A stretch of 64,000 nt of DNA from Okamejei kenojei (Eukaryota): contig CM069147.1 in NCBI GenBank assembly GCA_035221665.1, forward strand, positions 25,792,001-25,856,000, given 5' to 3'. The notes beneath the pieces are model-generated. The model ran no database searches. It was not told where the DNA came from and saw only the letters and a program-made list of their open reading frames with translations. The translations under genes were made by a program, and so were the position numbers. Of the stretch, positions 12,590-25,300 are shown one piece after another (the first letter of the stretch is position 1; each line of letters begins with the position of its first letter).

Positions 12590-14788
12590 ATCGAAGGTAA
12601 TGAGCCATTAGGAGGTGGTGACCATAACAAGGTCACGTTTAATCAACAATTGTAGTGGGAGAGGGGTAGATCGGAGGTGTCAGTGTTACAGTTGAATAAA
12701 GGGGACTATGGGGCCATGAGGGAGGAGCTGGCCAAAGTTGATTGGAAAGATATACTAGCAGGGATGACAGTGGAAAAATGGCAGGTATTTCTAGGAATGA
12801 TACAGAAGGTGCAGGATTAGTTCATTCATAGGAGGAAGAAAGATTCCAAGGGGAGTAAGGGGCTACCGTGGCTGACATGGGTCGTCAGTGACAGATTAAA
12901 AATAAAATAAAACGATTAAAAATAAAAGAGAAGTACAACGTAGCAAAGATTTGCGGGAAGCAAGAGGATTGGGTAATGTTGAAAGAGCAACAGAAGATAA
13001 CTAAAAAGACAATACGGGGAGAAAAGATGAGGTACGGAGGTAAGTTAGCCAAGAATATGAAGGAGGATTGTAAAAGCTTCTTTAGGTATGTGAAGAGAAA
13101 AAAATAGTTAAGACCAAAGTTGGACCCTTGAAGACCGAAAAAGATGAATTTATTATGGGGAACGAGGAAATGGAGATGGGTTGAACAGGTACTTTGGATC
13201 CGTCTTCACTAAGGAGGACACAAACAGTCTTCCTGATATAGTAGTGGCCAGAGGATCTAGGGTGACGGAGGAAATGAAGGAAATCCACATTATGCAGGAA
13301 ATGGTGTTGGGTAGACTGATGGGACTGAAGGCTGATAAATCCCTAGGGCCTGATTGTCTGCATCCCAGGGTACTTAAGGAAGTGACTCTAGAAATCGTGG
13401 ATGCATTGGTGATAATTTTCCAATGTTCTATAGACTCGGGATCCGTTTGGATTGGAGGGTAGCTAATATTATCCCACTTTTTAAGAAAGGCAGGAGAGAG
13501 AAAACATGGAATTATAGACCAGTTAACCTGGTGGGGAAGTGGTGGGGAAGTTATGTGGTGGGGAAGATGCTCGAGTCAATTATAAAATATTAAATAGTCG
13601 CACATTTGGATAGCAGTAACAGGATTGGTCCGAGTCAGCATGGATTTATGAAGGGGAAATCAGGCTTGACCAATCTTCTGGAATTATTTAAAGATGTAAC
13701 TAGGAAAATGGACAAGGGAGAGCCAGTTGAAGTAGTGTACCTGGACTTTCAGAAAGCATTTGATAAGGTCCCACATCAGAGATTAGTGGGAAAAATTAGG
13801 GCATATGGTATTGGGGTAGAGTGCTGACATGGATAGAAAATTTGTTGGCAGACAGGAAACAAAGAGTAGAGATTAACGGGTCCCTTTCAGAATGGCAGGC
13901 AGTGACTAGTGGGGTACCGCAAGGCTCGCTGCTGGGACAGCAGCTATTTACAATATGCATCAATGATTTGGATGAAAGGATTCAAAGTAACATTAGCAAA
14001 TTTGTAGATGACACAAAGCTGGGTGGCAGTGTGAACTGTGAGGAGAATGCAGGGTGACTTGGACAGGTTGGGGGAGTGGGCAGATGCATGGCAGATAAAG
14101 TTTAATGTGGATAAATGTTAGGTTATCCACTTTGGTATCAAAAACAGAAAGGCAGATTACTATCTAAATGGCGTCAAGTTGGAAAACGGGGAAGTACAAC
14201 GGGATCTGGGGGTCCTTGTTCACCAGTCGATGAAAGTAAGCATGCGGGTACAGCAGGCAGTGAGGAAAGCGAATGGCATGATGGCCTTTATAACAAGAGG
14301 AGTCGAGTACAGGAGCAAAGAGGTCCTTCTGCAGTCGTGCAGAGCCCTAAGGAGACCACACCTGGAATATTGTGTGCAGTTTTGGTCCCCTAATTTGAGG
14401 AAGGACATTCTTGCTGTTGAGGGAGTGCAGCGTAGGTTTACAAGGTTAAATCCGGGGATGGCGGGACTGTCATATGCTGAGAGAATGGAGCGGCTGGACT
14501 TGTACACTCTGGAGTTTAGAAGGATGAGAGGGGATCTTATTGAAACATATAAGATTGTTAAGGGTTTGGACACGCTAGAGGCAGGAAACATGTTCCCGAT
14601 GTTGGGGGAGTCCGAATCCAGTGCCTTCAAGAGAGAGGTAGATAGGGCTCTTAAAGTTGGCAGAGTCAGGGGATACGGGGAGAATGCAGGAACGAGGTAC
14701 TGATTGGGGATAATCAGCTATGATCACATTGAACGGCGGTGCTGGCTCGAAGGGCCGAATGGCCGACTCCTGCACCTATTGTCTATTG
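12590..14788 (+). mobile_element. CR1-clade LINE, 5'-truncated, decayed ORF2
   Basis: RT motifs DKSLGPDCLHPRVLKE, SQHGFMKGKS, YLDFQKAFDKVPH, SGVPQGS, KFVDDTKL and [13 protein letters not shown] in shifting frames. 3' tail ctattgtctattg. Confidence 0.93.
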
Positions 14789-16330
14789 AAATGATTACAT
14801 TCTTCGTGAATCCAAAGTCTGCTGAATCACATTCAGCTAAATAGATCCGTTTTATACCATTTATACCATAGGAGGAACAATTAGGTTTCCCAACATGCAG
14901 GGATTGAATTATTTTTCCATGTTAAGCTGCGACAATTTTGTACTTCCTCCGGTTTGACATTCAAATTCAGTGTTCACAAATCGTTCTCCTCTGCATTGGA
15001 GAAAATAAACTAGATTGTTTTATGACTTTTCAGAGAGATCCTGAGCACCCGGTTGCGTCCCTCTCCCACTGATTGTTCTGTTTACCCATCCAAATCCAAA
15101 TGAAACTGTTATAAGAACGCTCAATCATCTAAGCATATTGCAGACCTCTTCAACTTAAGTAATTGAGACTTTATTTCCTTGTGTATCATAAATGCCCATT
15201 TCTACCTCTCATCACAGTACCTGTCTTTTCATTCTCTTTTGAAATGCCATAGCTTGCTGGATACGTCTCAGAGCTTCATTAGAACAACATGCTTCATAGA
15301 AAAAGACGCATAACTGATGCTAACCGCAACTTTACTCAGAGTTGTTTCCCTTTGTTCTATGTACTAGTCCTCCAACTTATCCGCCATCGATAGTAACACT
15401 CTTTCCTAGTCCAATGAAAGTTGGGGGACGTAAAACGTTATCTGGTTCCGTTTCCGCCGAATGCTTCTTTATTTAAACAAAAACGACACATTGTGCTGGA
15501 GTAAAGTGCAATGTGTACGTCTTCTAACCTCGTCAAATGCATCCGATATTCTTCCTGTACGTCGGCGGGAGCAGGCATAGAAGCGAGGACCGTTTAGCAA
15601 ATATCGTGGCACCCTTCTGAACAGCAAATGTCAGATGTTACATCGAAAAGGGACTTGTGGTGCAGTTTTAACAACAACGAAGAAACGACCGAGGCGCTTG
15701 CGCTTAAGGTTAAAATGATGGGCCATATTTGGGAAAAGGGTATTCGTAGACCAACATGTGGCAGTCACTGGGTGATAATTACAACACATAGGAACATTTA
15801 ATATGTAATGGATGGGAGAGAAGGAGAGGCACGTTTATTTCAAACATGATGGAAAGGCAAACAGAATTACAATTACAACGTCTAGAAGACATTTCGACAG
15901 GTATAAAGAAAGGAAAAATAGAGAGTGATACGGGACCTGAAAGCAACTGAGTTTAGCGAAGACATGATTCACAGCTGTTGTGGCTGGCACAGCTACACCA
16001 AGGCTTGTTGTACTGTTATACGATGCTGCGAATCTCCGATAGGACGGTTCTATAACCAGCTATATTTTCTCGGCTGAATAGCTGCAATTGGGTCATTTCG
16101 TATCGGGCGTCATTTCCTTCAGCCCACGTCAAATCGCGTACCCTTTATTTCACAGCAGAGACATGGTAATGCATTGTGCAACATGTTCCATTTGACCAAG
16201 TCTTTCGAACAGAAAGGTTAACTCGATTTCTCTTTATCCAGATCATACTTTACTTACATGCTGCTTTCAGCAATTCCTGAGTGAATTTCAGACTTCCAAT
16301 ATCTAGGACGTATGCTTTTCATGGTTCAGT

Positions 16331-16385
16331 ATGCCTTTTCGGGATGTGGTTCTGTTATCATCGTCGCTCTTGATTATCAATGCAG
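16331..16385 (+). CDS. Gene 1 exon 1, signal peptide MPFRDVVLLSSSLLIINA
   Basis: ATG at 16331, hydrophobic stretch, CAG|GTATT donor in phase 1. Same 55-nt length as the gene 2 leader. Confidence 0.8.
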
Positions 16386-19300
16386 GTATTCCTCGATTTT
16401 TCTTTTGTTTTCATCTTCTTACTGATCCACACCCGTATATCGAACCCACATCCACTTTCACGCATCTTTTAAAAATGCGATTAATTGTCTGTCCTCGTTT
16501 GTTATGCGATAATTTTTGATTTTCTTCTGCTACAGTTGCCGTTGATGCTCACTACCAAGTCGATCAATCTCCTTCGAGCAAACACGTGATCTTACATTCA
16601 AATATCACTCTCTATTGCATTATTGGACTATCGCAAAATAGTCCACCTGTGGAATTTTATTGGTGGAAACTTGGCGAACAGAACTTTCTGCAAGCAGCCT
16701 CTGACAGTAGGAAGATATTCGTTCGTTTTAAACAAGGTGGAGCCTCCTTGCATATATTGAATATCCGTGCAGATGATGCTGGGGTCTATTACTGCGGAGT
16801 GGGAATTCAGGGAAGCGAAATTGTGAATGGATCTGGCTCCAGAATCAATGTCTTCGGTATGTGTAACAGTAAAAGCAAATGTGCTGCAATATGGAGATAT
16901 TATTCTATTATTGTTCAATATTATCATTCTGGAAAGCAATGTGGCATGGTTTGTCATTCGAAGTACCCATGTTCTATGTCATATTATGTCTTAAGATCCC
17001 AGGACAACTGTCTAATTGGTTGGTTTGTTTTGCTGTTAATATGAGGACGTTGCTCAAAATTCACCGAAACACAGATTCCAACACAGTTACTATCTTGAGC
17101 AGTACTTTGCGAGGCCGATTAATGCGACCTAATATCTGCACTGGGTCGGAGGTATAAAGCTGGAAGAGAGGAGGGGCAGGACAACACTTTGGATGTAATA
17201 GTTGGGAAGCATTTCTTTGGACCATTTTATTTCCAACTGCCTGTGCGGCATAACTGTCGCCCTGTTACGGTCACTTCTCCAGTCTCCAACATTCCCCCTC
17301 ATTATGGACCCTCCCTGCCGGCCTTGTCCCCTAGCTGGATTTTTTTAAATATTCAACGCGGTATCAAATTGCCGGAGCGGTGTCTAACGTCTCCTCCTCT
17401 CCCCCCAGTAAACATAAATGGCTACACCTGATATTCCTATGTGGTGTTTTTATTTGCCAATTAATTTGTTCTTGCTTCAAGAAAACCAAGTAATATAGGG
17501 CGCTCAGTCTGGGATTTGAAAAACAGAGCAAATCCGTAAAGTTGCGAATTAGTTAAAGATAAACTGACCTTTTTTGGAGAAAAAAAATCAACAGAGGTAG
17601 CTGTAGATGGTTTATATGCAACCAATAATATAGTTACCTCAGTCCCATTAACCGCAAGCAGGTGTTGTCGGCTTCTTCGGTAGATGGTACCCTCATAGTC
17701 GACCAGATACGAACGAGGTGAGTCGGCCACCCCAACCACGGTGGCCAGACGGGAGTGACCACTGGCGGTCTGCAACCGAACAACCTGTCCAGGCAACAGA
17801 GGATCGAGTGGTCTGCACGACCGATCGTGGGAACGCCGCTGGCTGTCGTGTTTCTCTTGAATTCGCCTCTGCACGGAGGCAGGCTCCAGCACCCGAGGTT
17901 TCAGCTGGCGCTGGGCAATCGGGATGGTAGATCTGCGCGGGTCCCCTGTTGCCGGTCGCGGTTCTCCCTCTCCTATTTCTCCCACCCCAATGCCCTTCCC
18001 TAGTTCCCCAGCTGCCTCGCGTCCTCCTGTTTCTTCTGCTCCTTCGGGGGAAGGGGGAGACATCCGTACGCGCTCGGGCCGGATCAGCAAGCCACCTGTT
18101 CGCTACGGCGATTTTGTTTAATTCTGCTGTTTAATTCTGTTGTCGTGACAACAATCTGTTTTTTGATTTTCTAAGGGGAAGGATGTAGATGGTTTATATG
18201 CAACCAATAATATAGTTACCTCAGTCCCATTAACCCCGCCTAGTTAACATCAATCATAACGCCTTCCCCTTCCTGGGCGCAGCAGTAGAAGAATGTAGCT
18301 AGTGCTTGAAGATGTATGTAATACCCTGTGCTATCATTAAAAGATGTTGCACACTTTAAGAGTTTGTAAAGAGTTTATTTACAGTAGCTATTCACACTAT
18401 TCGAAAAAATGGGCAACGATTGGAAGCGCCAAAAAAAGTTTTCATTCATCTGAGATGCTTGCTGTCAAGTTGCTCATTAAGGCTTTTATTTTTAAAGGAC
18501 GTGTACAGAATCAGATTGCACAGCTGATGACGACTGCATTTGTGCTACCACCTGCACCCATGCAGAACTCACTGACTTCATCCATTTCACCCGCAACTTC
18601 CATCCGGCACCCAAATTCACCTAGGCAATTTCCGACATCTCCCTGCCGTTTCTAGACCTCATTATCTCCATCGTAGGCAACAGACTACTGACCGACATCT
18701 ACTACAAGCCCACTGACTCCCATGGCTATCCGGACTACACTTCTTCCCACCCTGCTTTCTGTAAGGACTCTATCCCCTACTCCCAATTCACCCGTCTACG
18801 CCGCATCTGAACCCAGGACGAGGTGTTCCAAACCAGGGCATCGGAGATGTCCTCATTCTTTAGGAAATGGGGGTTCCCGTCCGACTATAGATGAGGCTAT
18901 CACCAGAGTCTCCTCCATATCCCGTAGCTCCGCTCTCATTCCCCATCCCCCCACTCATAACAAGGACAGAGTCCCCTTGTCCTCACCTTCCATCCTACCA
19001 GCCGTCACGTACAACAGAGAATCCTCTGACATTTTTGCCACCTCCTATGGAATCCCACCACTGGACACATCTTCCCATCTTCTCCCCTTTTGGCTTTCCG
19101 CAGCCACCGCTCCCCCCGTAATGCCCTGGTCAATTCGTCCCTTCCCACCCAAACTACCCCCTCCCCATGGAACTCTCCCTTGAAACTGCAGGATATGCTA
19201 CACTTGTCGCTTTACCTACCCCCCCCCCCCCCCCCCAACCCACCCACCCCACCAACTCCATCCAAGGACCAAAGCAGTCTTTCCAGGTGAGGCAGAAGTT

Positions 19301-22300
19301 CACCTGCACCTCCTCCAACTTCATCTATTGTATCCGCTGTTCCAGGTGTCAACTACTTTACATCGATGAGGCCAATCACAGGCTTGGCGATCGCTTCGCC
19401 CTCCACCTCCACTCAGTTCGCATTAAGCAACCTGATCAGCACTGCAACTCCCCCTCCCATTCCGAATCCGACCTTTCTGTCTGGGCCTCCATCATGGCCA
19501 GAGCGTGTCCCACCGCAAATTGGAGGATCAGCATCTCATATTTCGCATGGGTAGTTTACACCCCATCGGTATGAACGTTGACTTCTCCAATTTCAGGTAT
19601 TCCTTGCTTTCTCCCTCCTTCCCCTCACCTTCCCAGCTCTCCCACAGCCTCTGTATCCGCCTCTTCCTTTCTTCTTCCCGCCCCCCCCTACCCCACATCA
19701 GTCCGAAGAAGGGTCTCGACCCGAAACGTCACCCATTCCTTCGCTCCATAGATGCTGCCTCACCCGTTGAGTTTCTCCAGCATTTTTGTCTACCTACGAT
19801 TTATGTTTGTTGATATTCGAAAAAACAGCCGAAATTATGCTCATCCTGTATGTTCCCATAACTGTGTAATTATGAGGTCGTCGACCAGTATTGTACAAAA
19901 TAGTTATACCCGTGTAGTTGTTTTCCGGATCACAAATACATTTTCTGCTTTACATTTGCAGTTCCACCAGCTCAGCTCAGAATCACCAAACTGCCTCATC
20001 AAAACTCCACCACATTGAATCTCTTGTGTAAAGCGGATGAATTTTACCCGGCGTCACTTAACCTTACTTGGTACCGAAATGGTATTGAGATTTTCGTGGA
20101 CATAGATACAACGGTAAAACTGACTATGAATGGATTATATGAAGTTTCCAGTCATTTAATGGAAACAAGGACCCTCCAGGGCGGGTCGGTCTATACTTGC
20201 CAAGTGGCGCACCCCACTCTTCCTACTCCACTGACTGCAACGTATCATGTTCCGGATTCCAAAACAGGTAACGTAGAAAACATTAGAAGGTTCGATTGTA
20301 GCGGATTCAGATCGTCGTGTTTGGAGAGCGAAGTGGCTTATATGGAGAGGATGATTGCTAAGTTGCAAAAGTATTGTAATTCTATCTTGCTTACTGCCTT
20401 AATTCTACTGTTAAAATTAACTGCGTGGATTTCAGATTGTACTAAATTGTAGTTGGAGCAGATAAAGCCCTTAACCGACTTGGTTGTTCCAATTAGAGTA
20501 TTAAGTAAATTTAAGTACAATACGTATCAGGAGAGATGGGCACGTGCAATGTTTATCCTGCGCTTTGTGCGAGGCAGCAACAAGTCTAATGTCGCTCGCG
20601 ACCATTCCTTCAGGAGGTACATGGAAGTACAGGGAAGTACAGGCAATAGAGGAATATGGATCATGTACAGGGAGATGTGTTCGGTTTGATGGCATCTTTA
20701 GCACAAATATTGCGGCCCGAAGGGCCCGTTCCTGTGCTGTACTATTCTATACTCCATGCTCTATAGAATAACAATCACTTTGATGATAAACTGCAATGTA
20801 TTAGCCCTATTATCAAATGTGTTATCGGGTGTTTGCGTCACAGATGTAAGCAAATTGGAATGATTTAAGATTAATACTATGTTAGTAGTTGGAGATTTCA
20901 AGTAGGGCAATATTAATTCGAAAATTTTTAGTGATAAAGACAAATTGTACCCAGAAAGACATTCTGTGCAAGAATGTACGTAATCCAACTGTGACGGTGC
21001 TGCGCAGAATCTTAGGACAATTTAAGGTAATTATATGGTCCAGTGGTTGGGGACAACATTTTCGATAGCGTCCATTACTTTAGGTTTCAGGTTGGTCATA
21101 GATCGGGATTACGATCGTCTGGAAATTAAGATTGTGAATAGGGAAGGTGGCAAATTTATCGTAATATATGACCTGTCAAATTGAAACTGTATTTACGGCT
21201 AGGCCTACAGGGCTGAATCCTGTACATCTGAAACACCGATAGTTGATGGCCAACGTGTTCATTTAAGGGAGGAAGGAAATGGCAACGTCCAGGGTTATCA
21301 GACTGTTTGATGAAGTGACGATAAAGGGGAAAAGCAAGCACATGAAATCAGGCGGGGCAGTTTTTTTACATTTCGTTGAACTATTATTCTTTATTGTGTT
21401 ATCTAAGAGAATTATGTTTACATACCTATTACTTTGCTGCAACTAAGAATTACATTGGAGCGTTCTTTTCGGTACATATGACAATTCAACATGCTTGGCG
21501 CTTACTCTTTTGACCCTTGTTGAAGAATAATTGCTCCGTTAGAATTCAGGATCGCACAGCTCTTTCGATGTACCTGAGGGAGATCAACATCAATGCATGC
21601 TGCATTCAATAATTCCTTTTATACTTTGAGATTGAGGTCTGCCTACTGAATGGAACTTAAACTTCAGTGTCACTGATCTCTCAGGCAATCAACGCTCATC
21701 TTTTAGTTGTCAGACGCCTCAGTATATGCATTTGCCTATAACGTATAACATATCTTTACCCCACGATAGTCTGAAGAAGAATACAGTGTTTGCTTGGCAT
21801 GTTTTATTTAAAGAATGTTGACCTCTATCACTGGTTTTGAAGGAATTACACTAGTTCCTTAATTCCCTTTCGTTTTACTAATTATATTATATATTTTTTT
21901 ATATTTGCCGTTATGTTCTCCAGTGCTTTGCACCCATTATTTCCTGTCTGCGACCCCCTCCTTTTACTGCACGGTAATTTCGTTTCAAAATTCCACCATG
22001 TCTTACCGATTCCACATGCATTTACAGATCTGCCCATTTCCATCATCTCGATGCAATATGGACATGTTGTGATTGCCATTTGAGTAGGTGATAACTCATT
22101 GAGTTCCGCTTCACAGCTTCCTCCATACTTTGTCGGTTCAGGCGGTGTATCCAGCAATGGTCATTGTGGGCGGCCTCGCACCTTATGCAATAAATCCACA
22201 AAGTGGGCTAACCTCAGCACAATCTTATCTTTGCTTTGAAAGTCCAACAGCCTCCGATGGATCCAACCGTTCAGGCTATCTTGTGATATTTATTAAATAT

Positions 22301-25300
22301 TATTTATCAAAATTTCAAAGGAAAGCTGCTAATTTCAAATAACGTATCTATTCGTAATTAGTTATATTGTTTTCTCATGGTGCGTTTCATCAGTGCTGTG
22401 AATATCGCTGATTTTCTCTTCGGCTAACATGAATTGATGATGTTTTTTAAATCCAAGAAATTAGTTTTATAACTTATCTTTCAATTTAACGCATCGACCT
22501 ACATTTGCCACATCTCTCAGACACTTGCCGTTATTTCGTTTTGATTATAAAATGTTTTGTGGAAGGGCCTTACAGCACTGGAGACCCGGATTCGATCCTC
22601 ACTACGGGTGCTGCCTGTGGAGAATTTGTACCTTATCCATGTGACTGTGTGGGTTTTCTCCAGGTGCTCCGGTTCCTACTGCATTGCCTAGGCGTACAAA
22701 TTGGGTAGGTTAATTGGCATTTGTAAATTATTCCCAGTGTGCAGGAGAGAATTGGTGTACGAGCGATTGTTGGTCGGCGCCGACGCGCGATTTTATTTAG
22801 TTGTATCTCTAAAGTAAACCAAACTGAACATTTGCGAATAGTCGTAAAATATTTAACTTAAATATCAGTACAATTAATCTGTCTTGTTCTGTGCCTGGCC
22901 AATAATTCCAGTTCTATGTTTTTCATTCTTTTATTTTACAGACAATAATTACACCTATTTTCGTATTTATGGATGCGCAGCGGGCGGAATTATATTTATT
23001 CTTCTGCTTATCATTACGATGGTGTGTCGATACATCAAGAAAAGTAAACGTGAGCATCTAATCAATAGGCTTGTATTTATTCTGTTTCGTGTGTTACGTG
23101 CCACAAATGGCCATAAGTGGGATAGGGTGTTACTCCACTTTATGGCAACGTCGTGATGGGGGGAATCAGTATTATTGCACTCAGGCTGATTTACAATCCA
23201 CTATGTTTATCTTTTCACCACCACGCTATGCCATGCCATCTAAATACGTCTATTCATTGCCTCACCTGGCACGACCTTTCATTTATCTTCGCACTGTTCT
23301 ATCTTTCAACATAGAACTGCCATGGGAGGTGGTAGCTGCACGTAATATAACAACATTTAAAATACATTTGGACAGGTACCTGTATATGAAAGATTTACAT
23401 GGATACGACCAAATGCGTGCAAGAGCGACTAGCGTGGTTGCGGCATTTTGGTCGCCAGGGGCAAGTTGAGTCGAAGGTTTTTTTCCGTGTTTAGATTTTA
23501 GAGTTTAGACATACAGCACAGAAACTGGCCGTTCGGCCCACCGACTGAGCGCCGACCAGCGATCCCCGCATATTAATACTATCTTACACACACTAGGGAC
23601 AATTTACAATTTCACCAAGCCAATTAACCTACAAACCTGTACCCTTTGGGATGTGGGAGGAAACCAGAGCACCAGGAGAAACCCCACGCAGGTCACATGG
23701 AGAGCCTACAAACTCCGTACAAGCAGCACCCGTAGTCTTTGTCGCTGTAAGGCAGCAACTCAACCATTGCGCCAATGTGCGTATAGAGTCACGCAATATA
23801 TAGTTTTGTGTGGCTCTATAACTCCACGACTCTTTGTCTCTTTAACTATATCATATTAAATAATATATTCTGATCATGCCCAGTGATTCGCCGTTTGATG
23901 ATATATATCCAAACAGATGCCCATTATTTGCTCGTCAATCATTGCAGCCCGGTCTGGAGCATTGTGTACTTTTATTCAAGCTGTCTTTTTATGTTTGCCT
24001 GTATTATGCATCTGGTATAGACTAATCTTGTATTCTTCAACTGGTGTGAGGCATGGAGCATAACTCATATTATACATGCTCCCAGAAGTACATGGTATAT
24101 TTGATCCCCTTGACTAGCTGTAGTCAGTGATCGTAGGTTACAATAATTTCGCATATCTGCTTTAGTTATTGAGTCGATATCCAATTGGCGACATGGTGGC
24201 TGGTTAATTATAGAAAGCCTCCTGTCGCTTTGACACTGGCCAGTTGAAATAGACACCTCACACATGCACCCTATGTTCCTGCTTAAAAAATATTACTCAC
24301 TCTGTCTATCATTTTATTTGTTGTCTCCTCATATGCTTTGAGTATTTAAACATCCCAAAGAAATACTTGCGCTGCTTCTTCCCCTGCGTCACATGGTGTT
24401 TTTGTCATCTTTAAATCACTTTGCCGCCACTTTCTGTGTCTTTTCCATCAGCTGTTATATTTGGTCATGAAATCACGAATAGCCCTGTTGCATACCCTGT
24501 TATCTATGCATTATCTATGTTGATCCCCCTTCGGGTTCTACGCATGTCTATTGTTTTCCCAATAACTACTGCCTTAACATATGTTGAAATAATTCCTCAC
24601 TAGTGCATCATTCCGAAATGTCAAAAAGCATTACCTCAATGTGACAAGAATGGATAATCATGGTTACTTTTTCTTCGTTAATAGCCATCACGGACTGTCA
24701 CAATCCACCACCGTGATCGTACAGAGTCGGGCTCTCAGTAGTGGTGGTCAAAGGCGAATATGGTGCACATTTACTTAACAACACCACGTGATATTGGCTT
24801 CTCCATAATACTGTCATGGGGTCTCCGATTCTACAAAAATACATAATAAGCTTCGTTGCACCTCCCCCTTTTAATCTCTAGAGAACTAAATACGGCAATT
24901 CCCAAGTAAATATTTCCGCTCATACAGCACAATTTGTCCTATGGTTGGACTGGCTTTATCAATGCAGATATTTGCATTTCTACTATCATTTATAACTTTA
25001 TTCATTCCTCGTTTTCGTTCCTTATTCCAAATAGTTCGCCTGATCGTTAGATGTGATCTAGCTGGAACACTCATGATTCCAGCCTGATCCATGGTAGTAA
25101 CCCTCAAAGAAAAAAAAACATATTCAGCCAACTGCTAGTAGTTTAAATTTCTCCTTTATGATTTCTACCTCTTCAACTGAGTCAAATCTTTCCGCCCAGC
25201 AATGACCCTCCTGTCCACCGGGACATGTTACTCCTTCCACACTACAGCAATCCCTCCCCTCTCACATAATTCACACGATTTCTTAGATGGACTCACAAGT

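Noticed and set aside
12494-14820. ~34-bp similar sequences at 12494 and 14787 as a CR1 target-site duplication
   Set aside because: The left copy is ~70 nt away from the apparent 5' junction and the match is imperfect.
17461-18090. 209-aa minus-strand ORF as a host gene
   Set aside because: It is a chimera of an inverted integrase fragment, antisense LTR and flanking intron.
16536-20267. Interpretation as a rearranging Ig light chain or TCR locus
   Set aside because: The J-like motif lies within the V exon, I saw no heptamer/nonamer RSS or separate J segments, the FGxG motif is replaced by NGxG, and the genes continue into TM and long tyrosine-motif tails.
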